A stretch of DNA of 64,000 bases from Octopus bimaculoides. Taxonomy: Eukaryota. The stretch spans positions 30,712,409-30,776,408 of the forward strand of contig NC_068984.1 of the NCBI RefSeq assembly GCF_001194135.2. The letters run 5' to 3'. Within the stretch, counting starts at the first letter, position 1; each line of letters starts with the position of its first letter. Position numbers and translations under genes: made by a program. The notes beneath the pieces are model-generated. The model was not told where the DNA came from and did not search any database. It saw only the letters and a list, made by a program, of their open reading frames with translations. Of the stretch, positions 1 through 12,592 are shown in pieces.

Positions 1-44
1 ATCAGCTGCTAAAGTGTATATACATTATTTGGGGACACCCTATA
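1..44. mobile_element. Right end (TIR plus TA) of a Tc1/mariner-type element or MITE running off the window edge
   Basis: ATTATTTGGGGACACCCTA-TA at 24-44. The reverse complement TA-TAGGGTGTCCCC resembles CAGGGTGTCCC-type Tc1/mariner TIRs with a TA target. Confidence 0.45.
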
Positions 45-46
45 TA

Positions 47-240
47 TCATTATCATCATCATCATCGTTTAACGTCCACTTTCCATGCTAGCATGGGTTG
101 GACGATTTGACTGAGGATTGGCGAACCAGATGGCTGCATCAGGCTCCACTCTGATCTGGCAGAGTTTCTACAGCTGGATGCCCTTCCTAATGCCAACCAC
201 TCTGAGAGTGTAGTGGGTGCTTTTACATGCCACTGGCATA
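47..240 (-). mobile_element. SINE family A (RTE-type 3' tail, (CAT)n end)
   Basis: (CAT)n followed by TTTAACGTCCACTTTCCATGCTAGCATGGG...GGATGCCCTTCCTAA. This is near-identical in reverse to 4300-4491 and explains the similar ORFs 62..247 and 4278..4481. Confidence 0.85.
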
Positions 241-256
241 TGGGCAAGTCTGGCGG

Positions 257-291
<35 letters not shown>

Positions 292-758
292 TTAACGAAT
301 GGAGTGGATAATATCCAGGCTACATATGTTTCATAGTGAGTAGAACCTCGGAAGTAGTAAATATCCAGGTGAGGTGTATACTGCAGGCTACTCTTCAGGC
401 CAAGTGTATCTTGATTAAATGAGTTTACGTTTACATTGTTTTAGGGAGGTACATGTCAATACATTACATTCATGTTTCAATCAGAATGCGTAGAGAACAT
501 GGTTAGAGTGGAGAATATATTGTGAAGAGAAAATAAGATACCGGATATTATCTACTGCATTTTTTAACTCTTGTATTTAATTCACATGTCTGGCAACCCT
601 GCCTGTCTACCATGAAATGTAATGCATTTTTTTCAGTTTACCATACTTTGATAGGGAAAAACCCACAACCTTCCGCCTCAATAAACCACTATCGTTCCTG
701 AAAGTTGTATATTTTCTACAGTTTGCTTGAAGCTAACCTTCCTACACCTCAATCCTTG

Positions 759-810
<52 letters not shown>

Positions 811-1384
811 AGTGTGTGGGGCATGACTGCATCATCCAATGAGTTCCTAAGTCCCTTCTTTTTTAAAATGGCTGAATGTGGATCGAATGTGATTTGGTAG
901 ATTTTCTATCAGATCAAACTATTAACACAGATGGTGCTCTAGATACTAAGTGCTCTCATGCAGTAGTATTGATATGCAATGGCCAGCTGGGTTGATTGAT
1001 ATAATTAAAGACACAGTGTGATATCTGAAATAATGCTTCATTACACGAGCTACTGAGTACATTAATAACAAATAGGTTACAATGAATTCTAAACACTTCT
1101 ACAAGTATTTTTCTCATGTTATTTCAACATAGCCTCTTTTTATTAAATACTTTCTGTATAGTAGACTTTTATTCTATAGTTCATGCTATCTTTGTAGCAT
1201 TTAGCTTTTTATATTCAAATATAATTTGGTGCAATGCAAATAGCAGTTCATGTCTATAAGCTGAACACTGAATGAATTCTTTTGAATATACAATTAAATT
1301 TATTTCAACCCTGTGAAAGAAGTTCAGAAATTTTACATCCATATGCAATCATATCATCTCATTAAATATATACCTATCTGCACA

Positions 1385-1872
1385 TACACACCCAGAACCA
1401 CACTAATAGCTTAGGAGTGAAATTTTGGATTTCTTGGTTTTCGGTGAATTGATTTTGATAAAACTTTTCCCAGCTGGTTTCCACACTATGGCAACACCAT
1501 TGTTATGTTTTCTTTATTCTACGTAACGTTGTTTCTTTTTTTATTTCAGATTCTTCAGTTTTTAGGTGAACCACACTAACAGCTTTTGAATGAAAACCCA
1601 TCTAGACATTTTTTTTTTTCGGAAAATGAAGTTCAATGATACATATTAAGCATAATAATATTATAACATTTATTGGCATAATGAATTATTTAGCTGCATG
1701 AGCACCAAGGAAGAAACGATCCAATTGTGGAGCCTCCAAGATTGTGACAGCTAGGGATTTAAGGAATATTGGTCGCAAGTTACGTGGGAAACCTGGACAA
1801 ACAAGTAAAGCCATTTTCTCTGCCTCCAGGCTTCTTCATATACCGAATACCACCAGAAATCGCATCCTTGGA
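1385..1872 (+). mobile_element. 5' fragment of a Tc1-like DNA transposon (direct repeats plus partial N-terminal transposase)
   Basis: Frame 1702-1872 reads APRKKRSNCGASKIVTARDLRNIGRKLRGKPGQTSKAIFSASRLLHIPNTTRNRILG, similar to the Tc1 second HTH region. An 18-bp direct repeat lies at 1395-1412 and 1568-1585. Confidence 0.6.
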
Positions 1873-1884
1873 ACACACACAGTT

Positions 1885-2170
1885 CTTTATAGCCGTGACA
1901 GTATGAACTAATGCAAGTGATAATCCAGTTCTTTTGTCATTAAAATTATCATCCTGTCCTGCACTGCTCAGTAGGAAACTTACTCAGTGCATGCTAGAAA
2001 TCTCCTTCTGATGGGTCGAGTAGTACCATGTCATCGGCAAACGTCACCCAATCGATCTTACATCCACCAATTATGAAACCACTTCCACAATAGCTGCACA
2101 TGCCAATCCAGTTCATACAAATTATGAAAAGTAGAGGTGACAATACACATGCTGGAGAACAGAGAGTCTC
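1885..2170 (-). mobile_element. RTE-clade LINE reverse-transcriptase fragment
   Basis: Minus frame reads VLSPLLFIICMNWIGMCSYCGSGFIIGGCKIDWVTFADDMVLLDPSEGDF*HALSKF; catalytic FADD at 2030-2041. Confidence 0.85.
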
Positions 2171-2689
2171 TCAATGTTGAGCTGCTACTTCTCTGAATTT
2201 TGAGAAGTCATAAATTTGGTGTTACAGAAATGAGATTAGAATGTTACAGGAAAGAATCATAACATAAATGAGAAGCCAGCCAGATGGAGACATAGGAGTA
2301 GACCAAGAATAAGATGGTTGGTTTATATTCATAGTCTCAGTTGGTTATGCACAAGAACCCAGTTGTAAAGTCTAATGATAGTTGCTTCTGATGGGATCCT
2401 CTGGAGGAGGTGCTTGTGAACTCTACCCCACACAACTTTTCCAGGAATAGTGGGTGCGAAAATGGATTAATAGTTACATCTATACACATACACACACACA
2501 CACATTCATTACTGACCTTTTGAAATACTGAAATTTTAAACTCCAGTATTTGTTGCCGTTGTGACATCAACATTGCTATCAGTATTTTAATAAAGTATTT
2601 CTATATTTCTTCACCACTAATTTGATACAAACAGTACTTAATATCAAAATATATGAAGAAGTATATCAAAAAGTCATATTTTTTTTTAA

Positions 2690-3900
2690 TTAATGACCAA
2701 CATTATACAAGCAGAAAAAGTAATTAAGAATGAAACATTTCCTAATTCATTTCTAAATATCTTAATTGGATTTTCCAGCTTTTTGTTACTGGCTTTCTTT
2801 TCCAAATTCATGATATTAATCATGTTCTTTACCTCATCAACTCCTCGTTCTCCTGGTGACTCCTTGCTTTTCTTCATTTTGAATATTAAATACCTATACA
2901 CTTTTATTCCACCTGATGATGATGGTCTTCATGTTCCCAAGTACTTTGCAGACAATGTATTAACTTTCAACTCAATACATTTCATTTCCTTCGCCTTGCT
3001 GGGCTTGTTCTTACTCTCAGTTTTTTATCTTTCTGTTTACTGGGGTGAATTCACTTAATTCACTTGATTTAGTTTCCAATGCAAGAAATAACACTATTTA
3101 TACCCCAGGCTTCTATACAGATTTCATCAATCCTATTTCACTCTAAAAGTTTGGTTTAACCCCTGGATATAATAGAAGATATTTGCTGCTAGTAATAAAT
3201 GGATCTATGTCCCTTTCAACGATGCGAATTTAGTTGTTTGATCAACTAAATTAGTTTTTCCTTGAAATAGAAAGTAGGTAGCAGAAGATTCCACAGACAA
3301 TTTACCATTAATGAAATCCTCATTAATATAGAATACAGTGGGAAGTTTCAGGTGTTTAGAAGTAGAGAGATAACTCTGGGTATACTTCTGTCATATAAAA
3401 CCTAATCTATTTTTTCTGAGATCTAGCAGTAATAATTTGACTATGCTTAACTTATGAGGTCTAATAAACCTGAAACCTGTCCAGCATTGTCAGTACAGCC
3501 AAATTTCCTCTTTTCTTTTTACTGCATTATTCATATTCTAGTTTTAATTCATCATCTTATATCATTTACATTCTGGGATTACAACTCACCTGCCTTTCAA
3601 TATGGTAGTGATTTTTATTCTCATTGCTTCTAGTGTACTTTTTAATGATTACAATATCTTGGCTCACTACCTTAAGTATGATAGAGACTACTTTACTACT
3701 TCCTTTTCATATTTCAGGAACCCATAGGTATTTTCTCTGTCACTCTTTCAGTCAGAAATATACCAAAGTAATTGCTGTTCCATTCATTGTGTTACTGCTA
3801 ATTAGTAAATTAAACCAAAATCTCATCATGAATTTCTGCTGTTTAATTTAGTATTTTCCCTTATCATAGTCATCTTTAAGACAATTCTTCTACCATTTCT
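2690..3900 (-). pseudogene. Highly degenerate non-LTR retrotransposon RT-like relic
   Basis: Purine-rich minus strand with broken frames carrying, in the expected order, IIKKYTRSNENKNHYHI, WTGFR..LLLLDLRK and KCIELKVNTLSAKYLGT. The catalytic DD motif is not recognisable. Confidence 0.4.
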
Positions 3901-3929
3901 ATATTTCCTATCCTTTCTATGAATATATA

Positions 3930-4491
3930 TATATTGAACTAAATTCGACGACTGGCACCCATGTCATCCTTCCTTCATTGGACACTGAACTCTGCTTGCG
4001 AAGACCTGTTGGGGCAAGTGAAATCGAAATTGAACCAAATTCGGTGACTAGCACCCATACCAGTCGAATGCTAACAGCACCATCTGAGCGTGAACATTGC
4101 CAAAGCAGCTGTGTGGCACATAAAAAGCACCATTTGAGCGTGACCGTTACAAGTGTTGCTTTACTGGCACTTGTGCCGGTGGCACATGAACAAAACATTT
4201 GAGCGAGGTTGTTGTCAGTGTCACTTGACTGATTCCTGTGCAGGTGGCACGTAATAAACACCATTTGAGCGTGGCCTTTGCCATTACCGCCGGACTGGCT
4301 CTCATGCTGGTGGCACGTAAAAGCACCCACTACACTCTTGGAGTGGTTGGCATTAAGAAGGGCATTCAGCTGTAGAAACTCTGCCAGATCAGATTGGAAC
4401 CTGGTGCAGCCATCTGGTTTGCCAGTCCTCAGTCAAATCGTCCAACCCATGCTAGCATGGAAAGCAGACGTTAAACGATGATGATGATGAT
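3930..4491 (+). mobile_element. SINE family A with internal tandem units and (GAT)n tail
   Basis: Repeated GGCAC(A/G)T..AAAGCACCATTTGAGCGTG units, then AAGAAGGGCATTCAGCTGTAGAAAC...CCATGCTAGCATGGAAAGCAGACGTTAAACGATGATGATG. Confidence 0.85.
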
Positions 4492-4654
4492 ATCTGTATT
4501 CTGGTAGAAACAGGAATAATTGGCCATGGCAATTATCACAATGAAGAATTAAATAATCGTCGAAGATTGCAGCCACATTGTAGACCATTCTGATTTTTAT
4601 ACTCATGTAAGGCCAAACATTAGTTATTAAATCCACCTGCAAAATCAAACCTAT

Positions 4655-4765
4655 TAGAGAGCCTTTATATAGTCATTCAGCTTGCTACAAGTAACAGTCA
4701 AATCTCCCTCAAATCACAGCTTATATCTTAAATGAAGAAATACACTTCAGATAACGTAATCTTAT
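4655..4765 (+). mobile_element. Dispersed repeat family C fragment
   Basis: GTCATTCAGCTTGCTACAAGTAACAGTCAAATCTCCCTCAAATCAC matches the core motif shared with seven other loci in the window. Confidence 0.55.
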
Positions 4766-5524
4766 GTATCCCCACAACAACGCCTGCAAAATATATGACT
4801 GAATGAACTTAGAAGATAATTACTATGGATAGTCTAACTCTGCAATCACACAATTTAGTGATCTAAAATATGCTTGAATGCTCCTGAAAATAGATGTTTT
4901 CACATGAATGGAAATATATTGTGCAGTGAACCAGTAATTGAAACCCTATTTTAGTACAAATATTGAACAATGCTATTGTTCACAATTGCATGCAATAAAA
5001 AGAACAAGTATTAAAGGTGTGTTGAAGCATATATTCACTTAAATTAACTGTGTAAAAAACAACAACAACATCAGGTTATATCATTTATCAAATAAGATAA
5101 ATTTAGGAAAAATACAATAAAAGAAGAAAATTACTGTTTGGTTATTATATTCTAAAGTACTCTACAAATATATTGTTTTGTCTTAAAATTTAAATTATAA
5201 ATTCAAGTCATAAAGATTATTTTAAATAAATTTTCATGGGAAGTAACAAGTGCAAATCATTTTGATTCATGCTGTTTTTTTTCGTTTACTTTATTATGAC
5301 GGATTTTACTGTGTAGAAGACATAAATGAGGCAAGAGAAAATTAAATCTGATAAACAATTAAAATTTGAACCATTATGTTTGTGGGCTCTCTACTAACTT
5401 TTAGTACAATAGACAGCACTTAGAGCAATATACAAAGTTGGTGCAACATGTCTTTCATCTTGTTAAAATGTGTTTGCTGTACACTTGAAAATGTACAATG
5501 TAGTACTAATAGCCACTAGTAGCT

Positions 5525-5804
5525 ATACTGGCACTCCGTCAGTTACAACAGCAAGGGTTCAAATTGATCTGATGAGCAGAACAGCTTGCTCGTTGCAAGT
5601 GGCTGAGCACTCCACAGACACACATACCCTTAACATAATTCTCTGAGAGATTCAGCATGACACAGAATGTAACAAGGCTGGTCCTTTGAAATACAGGTAC
5701 AAATCATTTTTGCCAGCTGAGTGGACTGAAGCAATGTGAAATAAAGTGACATAATGCATTGGTGGGAATTGAACTCACAACCTTACAATCATGAGCCAAA
5801 GAGG
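5525..5804 (-). mobile_element. tRNA-headed SINE (family D)
   Basis: Minus strand has a B box (GAGTTCAATTCC) and the central motif TTTATTTCACATTGCTTCAGTCCACTCAGCTG, shared with 34672-34998. CTAGTAGCT flanks both sides (5516-5524, 5805-5813), a possible TSD. Confidence 0.7.
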
Positions 5805-5924
5805 CTAGTAGCTTTATATTAGTAGAAAATGTACAATGCAATATTAGTAACCATCAGCAGCCATTTAGACATAGAGTTTTCATTTTTTTGCTTGCCAGAA
5901 GTATACAAGTTAAAGACTGATATT

Positions 5925-6060
5925 ATGTTTATCAATTCATTTTGCAAGATTCTTGATATGAAATTGTGTGTTGAAACAGATACTGTTTTATTTCAGGATG
6001 GTCATTTTACTTATTATTATTATATATTTTTTTTTTTGCCAAATAAACACACACTATATA
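5925..6060. repeat. Unclassified dispersed repeat, shared with 62840-63055
   Basis: TTTTGCAAGATTCTTGATATGAAATTGTGTGTTGAAACAGATACTGTTTTATTTCAGGATGGTCATTT matches the reverse complement of ~62975-63055. Confidence 0.7.
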
Positions 6061-7399
6061 TATTTTTTCCCTTCACTCGTTTATTACTGTTATCTTATTA
6101 TTTTAACGTTTGTTCATTGTCTAGAAATCTTTTGTCACACATCTATGACCTCTTCAGTCACACTTTTCATTTCCATGTGTGTTCTTGCTCCACTTGCTCC
6201 ATTCTCTGATATTACGTTTTGAAATAAAAGATTCTAATTTTCTGGGTCATCAAAATCTTCTTTAGTAATTAATTTTTTTTTTAAATATTGACATCAGCAT
6301 TGCATTTTGATTGATTTTTAACTATGCTTGTTATTAGTTGCCTTATTCATGAATGTATACATTAACTAAATTACAACAGGTATTGTCACTCTTTGCAATG
6401 CCATTTTATTGAAAGAGAGCAGAAATTGAATGAAGTATAGCATCTCTTTATAGGTTATGGTCTTTTTCCTGTTGACAGAAGACTATCCAAGCACAGCTCA
6501 CCCATCTAATTGGTTCTACAGTTTTACAATCATTTGATGTCCTTGGTAGTGGGCTCAGCTGGTGGCTAGCTAAACAACAAGACAGAAATGTAACTGGCAA
6601 TAGAGGTGACTTTGATTAATTGCCAGTGATAAGTGGCAGAGAATATTTTAAGAAAAACATCAGATGACTTATTTTCAATAAGGATCAGTTGACTATTTCT
6701 GAGAATTGCACATCACATGATGGAAGATTAATCATTGTACTATTCAGCCAATGAATCCTTCAGTTTATCTCTCAAATCATGCATAGTAACAGACTTGTCC
6801 ACAGAATACATTTAACAATACATTTCTAGGTCATTTATATCTATCAATTTCTTACTCACCTATCTTTGGTTGTCATCTATATGTTTTACATACAAGTAAT
6901 AATAATGATTTTTAACATAGACAGAGAAGTACAATATTTTGAATAAGGGTTTGTTACTCAAATTGTCACAAGTTCTTGACTTTTACTTCTTTTCAACCCT
7001 GAGAGGATAAACAGCAAAGTTTACTCCAGTGAGATTTGAACATAGGACATAAAGATGTGCAATAAAATATTGCAAAAAATTTTGTCTATCTTTCATGATA
7101 CTGCTGTTTAGCATTCCATAAAACTTATAACTGCATCCGACAAAAGCAAAAGGCCAACATTTGGGAGAGAGGCAGTTATCCAATTAAACTAACACCAATC
7201 TGTGACAAGTATTTAATTGTTTTATCTGTCCCTGGAAGAGTGAAAAGTAAAGTTGACCTCGGCATGACTTGATCTCAAAAAATAAAGATCCAGAACAAAT
7301 ACTGCATGGTATTTGCCTGATGCTTCCCCATTGCTATCAGTTTACTGCTCTCTGTTTGGTTTCAAATTGTGACATAGGCTCAGCAGGAGAGCGAAGTGA

Positions 7400-7550
7400 A
7401 TTACATCGACCCCAATACTTAACTGGTACTTATTTTATCGACCTTAAAAAGATGAAAGACAAAGTTAACCTTGGTAGAATCTGAACTCAGAATGTAAAGG
7501 CAGAAGAAATTCCACAAAGCATTTTGTTTGGCATGCCAACAATTCTGCTA
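7400..7550 (-). mobile_element. SINE family B (B box, AAATAAGTACCAGT core)
   Basis: TACATCGACCCCAATACTTAACTGGTACTTATTTTATCGACC...AAAGTTAACCTTGGTAGAATCTGAACTCAGAA. A more decayed copy lies at ~7200-7300. Confidence 0.8.
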
Positions 7551-7741
7551 ATAATTCTTACATTTGTATGAACCATGCTAGATTCATAGTGTAAAGGTAT
7601 ACATCAATGATATCATTCTCTTTTTATTTATTTTATCAATCCTAGTGGTATTAACATAGCCATAAACTATGTCATTAAGACATTAGACTTATATTCAAAT
7701 AGATAAGTGTTCATACATCTCCATCCTCACTCATATTAAAA

Positions 7742-7905
7742 AGTGGTAGACTGACAGAATCATGCAAGCATCAGAGAAAATACTTTGCTGTATTTCTTCC
7801 CTTTTTTATTTATTTTCTGCTCAAATACAATGACGGTAAGCTTTGTCTTTCAAATTCCAGGCTCTATATAATAAGCACCAGTTAAGCACTGAGTGTTTCT
7901 ACTTA
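7742..7905 (+). mobile_element. SINE family B, diverged copy
   Basis: AGCTTTGTCTTTCAAATTCC...ATAAGCACCAGTTAAGCACTG aligns to the family B core. Confidence 0.6.
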
Positions 7906-8617
7906 CATGTAATGGGTTAGGTTAGCAAGGCATAGTAGGATCCAACTCTCCATCAAAGTCACAGGTAAGTTGATACATTGTCTGTAGTACACTGTCATTA
8001 CTTCAATTTTAGGCATCTGGAACTCTCACTGAATATTTCACCAAAATAGCATGGACATACATACAATCACATCTTATCACCTAATTAACATACAAACTCT
8101 CTCTATCTCTCCCTCTCAAAAAGCAGATATTTTAAAAGTTATAAAACAGGAGGAAAAATATTAACACTATTGTGATTCTAACTCTATGAACATAAGAACA
8201 TATCACAAGTTACTTTGTTTGGTCTCTTACCATTTTCACTTCTCAACTGCCTTAGACATTAATTTCTGAAAGTAAAACTTAGTAAACACATACATGCAGA
8301 GTACATACATACATAGAAACTTGCACATAAGCATACATATATATATATCTGCATGCACACATTTACAAATGTACATGCATACACACACATACATACAGAC
8401 ATGATAGCCACCCACTCTTAACTAATGAAGACCATTGGTAACCTTTAGAAACATTGTGCGCTCTAAGACTAATTTATATTTTGCATTTGTGGCTTTGTTG
8501 GTGGCTAATGAGCTCTGCCCTTGATAAGCATACATGACTTCAAACATTGCTAACCTAGTTTTCCCCATTCACTACACTAGCAGTGTGCTTTCAAGCAGCA
8601 CTCTTAAATTCTTAATG

Positions 8618-8985
8618 CTGAGAGCCATACTTAGGAAAATCACCAATTGTGATAAAGTCAATCTACTGGGGGATTTCAATGCCAGGGTTGGAACAGACTG
8701 GCAAACATGAAACTCTCTTGGACATTTTGGTGTAGGGAAAATGAATAGAAATGGTCTCATGCTTCTGGAGCTTTGTGATGAACATGGACCTTACATCACA
8801 AACACTCATTTTAGGCAGAAAGGTGATCACACAACAACGTGGATGCATCCAAGGTCTAAAGTTTGGCAATTGCTGGATTATGTCATCATCCAAAAGCATG
8901 ACCTCTATGACATTTGTATTGTCAAGTCCTTTCATGGATCGGAATGCTGGGCACACCACAGTCTGGTGTAAGCAAAGTTTCAGAA
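8618..8985 (+). mobile_element. RTE-clade LINE APE endonuclease fragment
   Basis: One frame reads LLGDFNARVG..W*..LGHFGVGKMNRNGLMLLELC..ITNTHFRQKGDHTTTWMHPRSKVWQLLDYVII..ECWAHHSLV, covering the GDFNA, NG, TWxHP and LDY motifs (ORF 8741..8971). Confidence 0.92.
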
Positions 8986-9187
8986 TACATACATACACAT
9001 GTGTATGCGTACACATGTTGATACATGCACATGCACACAGAAAACAAACACAGTTCTGATAATAGACAGAGTAAATGTCTATTGAAAAGGTTGGAAGATG
9101 CAACGAAAATTTTAGTACAAATAAATAAGTTAATGAGTGCAAATTAGACCGGTGTGTATGTTAAATTAATAAAAGAGAATGACTCTC

Positions 9188-9271
9188 CTGGGACACAAGG
9201 AAATTTGTGGAAGAATTTTTGGAATGTCTCTCTGGGACACAAGGAAATTTGTGGAAGAATTTTTGGAATGT
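9188..9271. repeat. Tandem duplication, 44-bp period
   Basis: CTGGGACACAAGGAAATTTGTGGAAGAATTTTTGGAATGT occurs identically at 9188-9227 and 9232-9271. Confidence 0.95.
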
Positions 9272-9489
9272 AAATACCAACAACCAGCTGTTGACATTCC
9301 CATTTCCTTATATCTATTTCAGCCATTAGATTCTATCTTGATTATATTGCCTCTGTCTGGTGTTTATTTTATCAACATGGGAATTGGACAAAAGCAAATT
9401 TGAGCAGATATAAAAGGATATAACAGGGACAGGTCAAAATACTACTGATTCAACTCTTAATTTTGCTACTTATCACTAACACACATACA

Positions 9490-9695
9490 CTTGACATGTA
9501 ACTAGAAATTGTAATTAGAAATGGTAATTAAATCTCTCTCAGGTCACACTGCTAATGCCCTAAAAAATGGAAGAACACATTGGCAAATGTAGTAGAACCT
9601 GATACACAAAGAAGACAGGATGATTCCCATTGGGTTGTCTTTGATTATAGCCCTGTGCAATCTGAGTTTACTGGGGGCTAAACAACAACATCAGA
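9490..9695 (+). mobile_element. Dispersed repeat family C copy with (CAA)n-like tail
   Basis: AAATCTCTCTCAGGTCACA...GAACACATTGG...TTTGATTATAG...GGGGCTAAACAACAACATC. Confidence 0.55.
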
Positions 9696-11734
9696 ATATC
9701 TAAATACTTACTCAGTTTGCAAGAAATAGCAAACGTTTAGATAATTGTAACTTCAACTGTGTCACCCTTACCACTCTGGCAGTAGCTATACATGTCTTGT
9801 GTACCTCTTCTCCTTTCTGATATAATTGGGGTGAAGGGTATCATGTTTTTGACAAGACCTCTAATGGCACACAGAACTGAAACCATTTCATGGCATTATT
9901 ACTTTGTGTTGCAAAGAAAAATGTAATAGTTTGATAAAAGTAATTTCTAATGTCGTCGAATCAACTAAGAATATTACTGGTATTATGATTAAGCTTCAGC
10001 TATGAAATAAAGATAATTAATTTAAACTCAGAATAATGCAGCACTGAACTAAAGAAAGACCCTTGTCTTGCTTTCTTCATCATTTCCATCACTCTAAAAT
10101 TGAACTCTCACATCGCACCAAGTTGTATATTTATGAAGTAGAGTTGTAGCATACTGAAGTAAATCTTGTGTATTGTGTGATTTTTATTTTGAAATTGTGA
10201 ACATTGAGGAATAGAACATAACTACTCTAGCATTGTTACTTCATCTCCTTTCAAGAATTTCTTGCTTAATCACAGATTTGTATATTTGGAGAGAATAGTA
10301 TTTGTTTACACTCATGCTTTTCCCAAAAGCATTGGCGTCAGATAAATTGAATTAACTTCCTGTAGCATTCAGAGCCCTATCATAGAAGTTGTTAACCAGG
10401 AGCTTATTTTAGTGCAATAACACCTATCACTGTATAATTGACAAATGTTATGTTAACTTGCAGTTCTAGGCTGAAATATTCTCTTGTGCCTGAGAGAAAG
10501 CAACAGGAAAACCTCTGCAGATATTCTCTATAGACACACGAATTGACTGCAGGGTTTTCATTGGAAGCACATAAGTTAAATATGGGTCATTAATTGTATG
10601 TTGGTATGTTATTGTTTTCAAATCATATGAATACAAATTCTTAGCATAGCAGCATGCTGAAATATATATTGGGAATGATCCAGTCTGCTTCTACTAACTC
10701 AGTAACATTTCTTCATTTGTTTACTGTCTACTCAAAGAAATATAACTTGGAGCAAACCATCATCCTATTATACAAATACTAATTGTTATAGAATTAATAG
10801 TCACAAATTATTATTACACAAATGAAATTTCATTTGAATAACATTTAGTCTAGTGTTGTTTGTAAGTTCGTGATTTATCCTCGGAAGTTTCTCGAGGCAT
10901 ATCTTAAGGGCTCACATCAATTTAAAATACTTCATACAAAAGACTGTTTCTATATCATTGTATCTGAATGCATGTGGTGTGTCAATGATTTTAATTTACC
11001 CTATTGGCAGACTTTGTAAATTGTGGGAACATACTGATTTCTTGTTTTACATAGTTTTAGGTAAGAGACACATGAGATTGCAGCTATCACCTTAAAGTCA
11101 TGGTGATGGTGGTGATGATAATAATGATGATGATGCTGATCATGATGGGTATGATAATTATGATGATAATAATGAAGAGGATGTGATCAACTTTGTATTT
11201 TTTTGTTATGTTATTATATATTACCAAGTAGGAGGTAAAGACAATGAAATACTGTTAACACAATTTTTATGAAATAAACCACTGTAAAAAAACTATTCAG
11301 AATTGTTATTATTGTTGCTGTTGCTTGTAGTTATTCTCGTCATTCTGAGTTCAAATCCTGCAGTGGTAGCCCTTATGTTGATTCAAGGAAAGTAAGATCT
11401 GAAACAAGGATTCAGTGCTTTATGGTAGCATGATTTTAATGATTACAGAAAAGAACACACATGAGAATGGTTCAGTGAGCAACAAAATTATCCAACAAAT
11501 GTCTCCTGAGTTTATGAATTTGATTCCGTCATATATAACTTTAAGTAAATATCTTCTACCATTGCCTTGAGTTGACTGAAGCTTGTATTGGAAACAGAGA
11601 ATATGAAAATTGTGAGGAAGCCCATCAGCAGTTTATTATTCCTGAGAAGTATACTTTAACTGTTGAAAACTTCAATTGCCTCATGTGACTTCATTCTCTT
11701 TGTTAGCATATGAATTAGTTTTTAGTCAGAATTA

Positions 11735-11850
11735 TTTTTACCCTTAAATTATACCTGTTTTATGCTCAAACTAGATGTGGCCAGTTTGAACAAAAAACAG
11801 GTAGAATACCTGGACCAGATATAAACAGTTTAAATGCTCAAGGGTCAAGC
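11735..11850. mobile_element. Short MITE-like palindromic element
   Basis: Ends ACCCTT...AAGGGT. Internal inverted repeat TACCTGTTTTATGCTCAAACT (11752-11772) / AGTTTGAACAAAAAACAGGTA (11783-11803). Confidence 0.5.
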
Positions 11851-12548
11851 CATTGAAATGAATTAAATAGGAAAACCATTCCTGAGGGTACATAGGTTCT
11901 AAGTAACAATTTCCATGCTGCCACATTTTTAAATAATGCTTTTTCAGAAATACATTTTTAAAATGTTGATACTATCATTCAGCAAAATCATGGATTTCTT
12001 TTTTTGCTAACCATACAGATACGTTTTTATGGAGAATGGCAATGTAATCATTTTCTACTCCCATCATCCTTTCATACTTTTCATTACACATGTCAATACA
12101 ATGACACAACATCCAAACCTTCCCTCTCATTTCCTATCCCTCCCACCACCACACTCACATGAACATAAATTTGTGGAAATCATTGTTCTAATATAAAATG
12201 AATTTGCTCAGCCACTACACAATTCTTCACTGTAAACCAATTAGAAATATCTTTAAGTATACCATAATCAAAACCTTTTTGAAGCATTTGATTGATTAAA
12301 ATCATTTCTAGAGACTACTGGTCACCAAAATATGTTCAGATATTGCAGAAAGCACAGTATTCTTGTCTTGTAATTTGCTTCAATTCATTAAAATAAAAAA
12401 TATTTTACATCACCTTCCATATGAAAATCCTATCCAGTTGGAAGAAATTTTTATCAACAGAAGAATTAACTAGTTTCTATTATTTGCTACTAGAATTACT
12501 GAAGATTTGAACATCAGCTCATTTGAACATAGGCGTGATATAGTTTTG

Positions 12549-12552
<4 letters not shown>

Positions 12553-12588
<36 letters not shown>

Positions 12589-12592
12589 CACA
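12553..12592. repeat. (CA)n microsatellite
   Basis: Direct inspection. Confidence 0.95.

Noticed and set aside
2693-3058. 121-aa plus-strand ORF
   Set aside because: It is antisense to a purine-rich LINE-like relic, with no recognisable motifs or splice support.
3640-3720. SSLYHT*GS resembling the integrase PYHPQxNG motif
   Set aside because: The flanking frames fit the motif order of a non-LTR RT better, and no HHCC or DDE context was found.
62-4481. Near-identical ORFs 62..247 and 4278..4481 (also 29204..29407, 58982..59272) suggesting a small gene family
   Set aside because: They are read-throughs of SINE family A copies; the similarity is at the DNA repeat level and the frames differ or break between copies.
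7836-8012. Strong GTAAGC/GTAAGT donors and an acceptor suggesting exons
   Set aside because: They lie mostly within a family B SINE copy, and the implied introns (25 and 48 nt) are implausibly short.
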